From: Candidatus Babelota bacterium
GTDB lineage: Bacteria; Babelota; Babeliae; Babelales; Vermiphilaceae
Direction of reading: 5' to 3'
Length of the DNA stretch: 64,000 bases
NCBI GenBank assembly: GCA_049325595.1
Contig: JBMOLF010000010.1
Span: 220,113 to 284,112 of the forward strand
Shown here piece by piece: positions 59,270-64,000 of the stretch. The notes below the pieces were generated by a model. It had not been told where the DNA came from, did no database searches, and saw only the letters and a program-made list of their open reading frames with translations. Both the position numbers and the translations under genes were made by a program. Every line of letters begins with the position of its first letter. Position 1 is the stretch's first letter.

Positions 59270-60241
59270 ATGAATTATTGGGAACAACAGATAAAAATAG
59301 GCAATTTGTCATTTCCTCGCTTTATTGGCGGTCCGCTTGATGGCATCACTGATTCACCATTTAGACAATTAGTGCGAGAATTTTCACCTAACGAGCTGTT
59401 GTATACTGAGATGCGCCATGTTGCCTGCGTTGCCAATGATAAAGGTGGAATTAAAGCTCTTCAGTTCAAACAACTAGAACGCCCTTTAAATTTTCAAGTA
59501 GCAGCTAATAGGCTGGATTTTATTGAAAAAGCCTGCGAAAAAATTTTAGCAGCAGGTGTTGATCTGGTAGATTTAAATGTGGGTTGTCCGGCACCTAATG
59601 TAATAGGCTCAGGTTCAGGCTCAGCTTTAATGGCAGATTTGCCACGTTTGGAATCTATTTTAAAGCTTTTCCGAAAAGTATTACCAATTCCATTTACGGT
59701 CAAAATTAGGGCAGGCTTTAAGCAGCAAAATGCTTTAGATGTTGCTAAATTAATACAAGATTGTGGCGCTGATGCGCTTGCTATTCATCCACGCCTGCAA
59801 ACACAAAAGTTTGAAGGTAGGCCTGATTATGCGTTGGTTGCGCAGGTAAAAAAATCAGTCTCTATTCCTGTAATTGTTTCTGGCGGGGTTATTAATTATA
59901 AAACTGCCAAATTAGTATATGATCAAACCGGGGTTGATGGTTTTCTTATTGGCCGAGGCATTTGGGGCAAGCCATGGAAATTAGCAGAAATGGAAGCACA
60001 TAAAAATGGATTGCCATATGTTATTCAAAATAAGCAGATGTTGTATTGGGCTGCGCGCCATTTAGATGCCATGGTAGAATTTTATGGCCCGAAAGGTTTA
60101 TTTGCGTTTCGTAAACATTTGCCTTTTTATCTAAAAGGATTAACAGATGCTTCAACTTTACGTCAAAAATTAGTAGTTTCAAACTCATTAGAACAGGTTC
60201 GTGCAACATTCATTGAGTTAATGGAACAATATGGTTCTTAA
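59270..60241 (+). CDS. dus: tRNA-dihydrouridine synthase (DusB-like)
   Basis: GITDSPFR, YTEM, DLNVGCP, GSALM, TVKIRAG, IHPR, IGRG, RKHL. Confidence 0.93.
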   Translation: MNYWEQQIKIGNLSFPRFIGGPLDGITDSPFRQLVREFSPNELLYTEMRHVACVANDKGGIKALQFKQLERPLNFQVAANRLDFIEKACEKILAAGVDLVDLNVGCPAPNVIGSGSGSALMADLPRLESILKLFRKVLPIPFTVKIRAGFKQQNALDVAKLIQDCGADALAIHPRLQTQKFEGRPDYALVAQVKKSVSIPVIVSGGVINYKTAKLVYDQTGVDGFLIGRGIWGKPWKLAEMEAHKNGLPYVIQNKQMLYWAARHLDAMVEFYGPKGLFAFRKHLPFYLKGLTDASTLRQKLVVSNSLEQVRATFIELMEQYGS

Positions 60242-61097
60242 AAAGAAGAAAAGAGATTTTTTTATTGCGCTTGGGTTTATTGGTCTAACTGCTTTTTTAA
60301 TAATAAAGCGACAACTGCTCATTACTTCTCCTATCGTGGAACAGTATGCTTCGTATGTTACCTATCCTTTAATGGTAATGCAGCAAAAATGTATTGAGCC
60401 GCTCAAACAAAAGATGCATAATCGTAAAACTAATCAAGAATTACAGTTGTTAGTAGCACAACTTCAAGCAGAAAAAGAAGCATTGCAAAATCATAACATT
60501 GAACTTCAAAGTACCTTAGATTATTTTCAAGACATTAAAGAACTCACCGCGTTTAAACAGCGTTACCAAGCTAATACTATGGTGCTTGCGCAAATTCTTT
60601 CACGACAGTTGTCTGAAGTTGGTCACTATTGTTGGATTGATGCAGGTTCAACTAAGGGCATTACTCCTAATATGATTGCAGTATATAAAGGATGTTTGCT
60701 TGGCAGAGTGACCGAAGTGTATCCATGGTATAGTAAGCTTGAATTGATTACAGATAAATCATGTAAAATAGCCGCGCACGGTGTTAATAGCAAAGCGAGT
60801 GGAATTTATCAAGGAATAAATAGCGAATCTATCGCACAGCTTAATCACGTAAGTCATTTAGCAACATTACAAGAACACGATGTGCTTATTTCTAGTGGTG
60901 AAGGATTAGTGTTTCCACGTGGGTTTGGAATTGGTAAAATGAAACGGTTTGAAGTTGATGGATTATTTTATCAGATCGATGTACAACCATTGCTTGATGT
61001 AAGAGCTGTTTCGCATTGCTATATTCTGCAACGCGAAACAGATAAAGATTTTAAACTTATTGAGTCACCAACTGGCCATAACGAGTTTCTAAGATAG
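60231..61097 (+). CDS. mreC: Rod shape-determining protein MreC
   Basis: N-terminal TM and coiled coil, IDAGSTKGI, LLGRVTEV, LITD, SSGEGLVFPRGFGIG. Confidence 0.9.
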   Translation: MVLKKKKRDFFIALGFIGLTAFLIIKRQLLITSPIVEQYASYVTYPLMVMQQKCIEPLKQKMHNRKTNQELQLLVAQLQAEKEALQNHNIELQSTLDYFQDIKELTAFKQRYQANTMVLAQILSRQLSEVGHYCWIDAGSTKGITPNMIAVYKGCLLGRVTEVYPWYSKLELITDKSCKIAAHGVNSKASGIYQGINSESIAQLNHVSHLATLQEHDVLISSGEGLVFPRGFGIGKMKRFEVDGLFYQIDVQPLLDVRAVSHCYILQRETDKDFKLIESPTGHNEFLR

Positions 61098-61971
61098 TAC
61101 AAATTTCATGTACATAATTTGCAAGCATGGTGCTATCATCAGTTTCTTTTTCAGCACTTAATGAGGCAAAAAATCCTGTTTTTGCTGGTGGATGTATCCA
61201 GCGAATATCTTTTTCAATCATTGTTTTTTGTTTAATAGCAGAAACTACTTCAGAGTGTCCACCAATAGTGTCAACCAAGCCAATTTGTTGTGCTTGTCTG
61301 CCGGTAAAGATTTTACCATCAGCCCATTCTTTTTCAGCAGCTAATGATATTTTGCGATAGTTTGCCACATCAGTGACAAATTGATTGTACGTATCGTCAA
61401 GAAGCGATTGAATCATAGCAGTTTGTTCTGGCGTTCGTTCGGCTAATGGATTGGTAGCGGATTTAAATTTCCCTGCCTGCACAGGCGCATACCCAATTTT
61501 GTGATACTCAAGAAAATCTTTTAACTGGAATAAGAATGGTGAATAGACACCAATGCTACCAATAATAGCTGATGGTGATGAGACAATATGATCAGCTGCT
61601 ATAGCTATGTAATAGCCACCTGATGCGCACATATTTTCTACCCAGACAATAACTGGTTTTTGATGCTCTTTTTTCAAAGATACTATTTCGCTAAATACGG
61701 TTTGACTCGCACCTGAAGCGCCACCTGGACACTCCATTTTAAGTAAAATAGCTTTAATATCAGGATCTTTAAAGAAGGTGTTGAGCTGTTTAATGTAATT
61801 GGAAGCGTCATAAATAGTACCTTTTATAGGTATTACTCCTACTGCTGTACGAGTATCGAAATTACGCAAATAAACTTTTTTTAACCCTTCAATTAGCCCG
61901 GGAATGATCGGAAGTACGAAAAATAAAAGAGCGATATAAAAAATATTTTTGAGCCAACTTTGTGTTGCCAT
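61057..61971 (-). CDS. sppA: Signal peptide peptidase SppA (S49, short form)
   Basis: ECPGG, CASGGYYIA, GSIGV, AGKFK, ADGKIFTGRQA, GLVD. Confidence 0.94.
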   Translation of the reverse strand: MATQSWLKNIFYIALLFFVLPIIPGLIEGLKKVYLRNFDTRTAVGVIPIKGTIYDASNYIKQLNTFFKDPDIKAILLKMECPGGASGASQTVFSEIVSLKKEHQKPVIVWVENMCASGGYYIAIAADHIVSSPSAIIGSIGVYSPFLFQLKDFLEYHKIGYAPVQAGKFKSATNPLAERTPEQTAMIQSLLDDTYNQFVTDVANYRKISLAAEKEWADGKIFTGRQAQQIGLVDTIGGHSEVVSAIKQKTMIEKDIRWIHPPAKTGFFASLSAEKETDDSTMLANYVHEICTILETRYGQLVTQ

Positions 61972-62060
61972 AACAAGACCTTTTTATTGAGATGAATAAT
62001 AATGTAGGCAAGAGCTTATAAAAAAAATGATAATTTATGAAGAATTTATGAAAAATGCCT

Positions 62061-62089
62061 TTGACATTCTTACTATTTTCATTTAGAAT
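62061..62089 (+). promoter_or_regulatory. sigma70 promoter of the tRNA operon
   Basis: TTGACA-17 nt-TAGAAT, 28 nt upstream of tRNA-Val. Confidence 0.85.
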
Positions 62090-62117
62090 TTTGAGAGTCT
62101 TAATTGACGGTGGGTAA

Positions 62118-62193
62118 GGGCGGTTAGCTCAGCTGGTAGAGCATCAGTCTTACAAACTGGGGGTCGTAGGTTCGAATCCTGCACCGCCCACCA
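62118..62193 (+). tRNA. tRNA-Val(TAC)
   Basis: GGGCGGT/ACCGCCC acceptor stem, loop CTTACAA, GTTCGAATCC, CCA. Confidence 0.97.
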
Positions 62194-62224
62194 GATTTTA
62201 AAACTTTGAAAAAAAATAGAGAGT

Positions 62225-62300
62225 TCCTCGGTAGCTCAGCTGGTAGAGCAAACGACTGTTAATCGTTGGGTCGCAGGTTCGAGTCCTGCCCGAGGAGCCA
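62225..62300 (+). tRNA. tRNA-Asn(GTT)
   Basis: TCCTCGG/CCGAGGA acceptor stem, loop CTGTTAA, G discriminator, CCA. Confidence 0.97.
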
Positions 62301-62317
62301 GCTCAAAAAAATTTGTC

Positions 62318-62395
62318 GGGGCTGTAGCTCAGTTTGGTTAGAGCGTCCGCCTGTCACGCGGAAGGTCGAGAGTTCGAGCCTCTTCAGCCCCGCCA
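62318..62395 (+). tRNA. tRNA-Asp(GTC)
   Basis: GGGGCTG/CAGCCCC acceptor stem, loop CTGTCAC, G discriminator, CCA. Confidence 0.97.
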
Positions 62396-63841
62396 TTGTT
62401 GACGATCAGAACAATTTACGATCAAGTCAAATGGCTTTACAACGTCCCACAGCAGTTTTTCACCTTCTATCCTCAAGTTCGAAAGTAACAGTTTAATTAA
62501 CTGGCGCTTTTCCTCAACTTCAGAACTCAAAAATAATTCATACGTGCGATTAGTTAGATCTAGTACTTGTTTTGCGGTGGTATAGTAGTTATCATCTGCT
62601 TCTTGCAAGCGCTCTAAGCGAACATTAATACTCATAAGTTCTTGGCGTAGGCTTTGGTAAAATCTGTCATATTCGCTCTCAGTAATTCTCCCACGCAATT
62701 TATCAAGATATAAATTATCAAGCATTGTTGTGGTTGATTTTTGTTCTCTGGTGAGCTTGTCGAACTCTTTATTATAAAATTCAATTTTTTCTTGATGTAA
62801 TTCATCTAATGATTGTGCAATTTGTGCGCACACATCTTTTGGCATCTGTAAGCTTTTAAAAACGGTGCTGAGTTGTTCTGTAATATATTCTTCTCTAAAC
62901 CATTTTGCACCGTGTTTACCTTTGTATTGGGTGCAATGATAATACACAAAGCCTTTATGCTTTTCTGGTGTGATTGCGCAATCACATTCTCCACAGCGGA
63001 TCAGACCGCGATAGATGTAGGGTATGCCCGCGTATTTGAATGGCTTCTTTTGAAAGCTGTCACGAACTTGTTTGACTTGGTCAAATAATGCTTTGCTGAT
63101 GAGTGGTGGATAACGATGGGGATATTCTTTATGTTTTACTACCATGGTTCCATGGTAAAAAGGATTGCTTAATATTTTTCCGAGCTGACCTTTAGGCCAA
63201 TCAATCCCAAAGTCTTCTTTTATTTTTTTACACAGTATTTCCATTGAGTAAGCACCTGTGGCATAGAGCTCAAATGCTTTCTTAAGAATATGTGCATTGT
63301 AATCATCTACAATAACATCAGTGCTACCATCAGCCTTTGTACTATTTTTATAGCCAAAGGGTGCAAGGGCAAGCCACTCACCTTTACGGAGCTTTTGCTC
63401 AATAGCGCGCTTTACGTTGTCACTAATAGCATCTGAATAATATTTGGCTAACCCAAGGCTAATGCTGAATTGGAATTTTTCTACCGCAGATATTTTGCTA
63501 TTGATCACTTGGCCATCACGATACAAAGTGTAACTCAATTTCATCATTTAATGCTTTTTCATACAAGATAGATACGCGTTTATCAAACACATTGCGTGAT
63601 AAACGGTCAACCTTATCACAGCATATTATTATCTTTTCTTCCTGGTTTAATATAAGGTCAATGATTGCATCAAACTCAGAGCGGTCTTTGGTGTATGCGC
63701 TTTCATCAAAGCTATAAACTTGAGCTATCTCTAATTGTTTGTTTTGGCAATATTTTTCAAGGCGTGATACTTGTGCGGGTAATGAGTTACCTGCTTCTCG
63801 TTGTTCTTCTGTGCTTACGCGAGCTATGAGAATTGCTTCAT
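62384..63841 (-). pseudogene. Large serine recombinase (resolvase + recombinase + zinc ribbon + coiled coil), disrupted by two frameshifts
   Basis: ATG at 63841 with AGGA RBS; a shifted frame gives AILIARVSTEEQ...DESA...DKVDRLSR...HFVS*; the C-terminal ORF has APFGY, ILSNPFYHG, CGEC, YYHC; indels near 63838 and 63518. Confidence 0.88.
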
Positions 63842-64000
63842 GATATTTATCCTGTGCTTCTAACTTATTTTTTTAGGTTCTGTGAACGAAATTTAAAAAA
63901 GTTATAAAAAAAAGTAAGCTTCCTTCTAATCACAATCAAAAAAAAGCAAGAAGGAAGCTGTAATGCATTACTTAATTAAAGATACAGAATTTGAAGAAAT
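62384..64000. mobile_element. Left end of a probable genomic island integrated at the 3' end of tRNA-Asp
   Basis: Recombinase gene converges on and overlaps the tRNA-Asp 3' end; the distal att copy is not in the window. Confidence 0.6.

Noticed and set aside
53080..61097. gatCA without gatB and mreC without mreB/mreD
   Set aside because: Scattered operons are common in rearranged reduced genomes; absence cannot be judged from one window
62266..62496. 76-aa plus-strand ORF
   Set aside because: Reads through tRNA-Asn and tRNA-Asp; spurious
1..64000. CRISPR arrays, rRNA, tmRNA, RNase P, T-boxes, riboswitches, IS elements
   Set aside because: No regularly spaced repeats or recognisable consensus seen by eye; an Rfam/Infernal scan would be needed to exclude divergent ncRNAs

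Overview
AT-rich bacterial chromosomal window, mostly housekeeping genes. Bases 641-20162 carry the str-S10-spc-alpha ribosomal superoperon (rpsL to rplQ, plus secY, adk, map, infA, rpoA). It lacks rpmD, has an N-terminally shortened S4, and ends with a NifU-domain gene. The rest mixes DNA-metabolism genes (sbcC, nfo, RNase HI, tatD, HU, ATP-dependent ligase), translation genes (serS, gatCA, rsmG, dus, six tRNAs), amino-acid and other transporters (PutP, BrnQ, orphan ABC binding protein, MATE), and many signal-peptide-bearing hypothetical proteins. The lack of biosynthetic genes, the secreted orphans and a eukaryote-like protein suggest an intracellular parasite of protists, most likely Ca. 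Dependentiae (TM6/Babelota); this is inference, not a database result. Highlights: (1) a signal-peptide-bearing mitochondrial carrier (SLC25-like) protein; (2) small upstream ORFs with hairpin or anti-SD structure in front of both amino-acid permeases putP and brnQ; (3) an RNase HI with an N-terminal beta-clamp-binding-like motif; (4) two tandem clusters of secreted hypothetical proteins containing paralogs; (5) a large serine recombinase whose last codons are the antisense of the tRNA-Asp 3' end and which is broken by two net-zero frameshifts.
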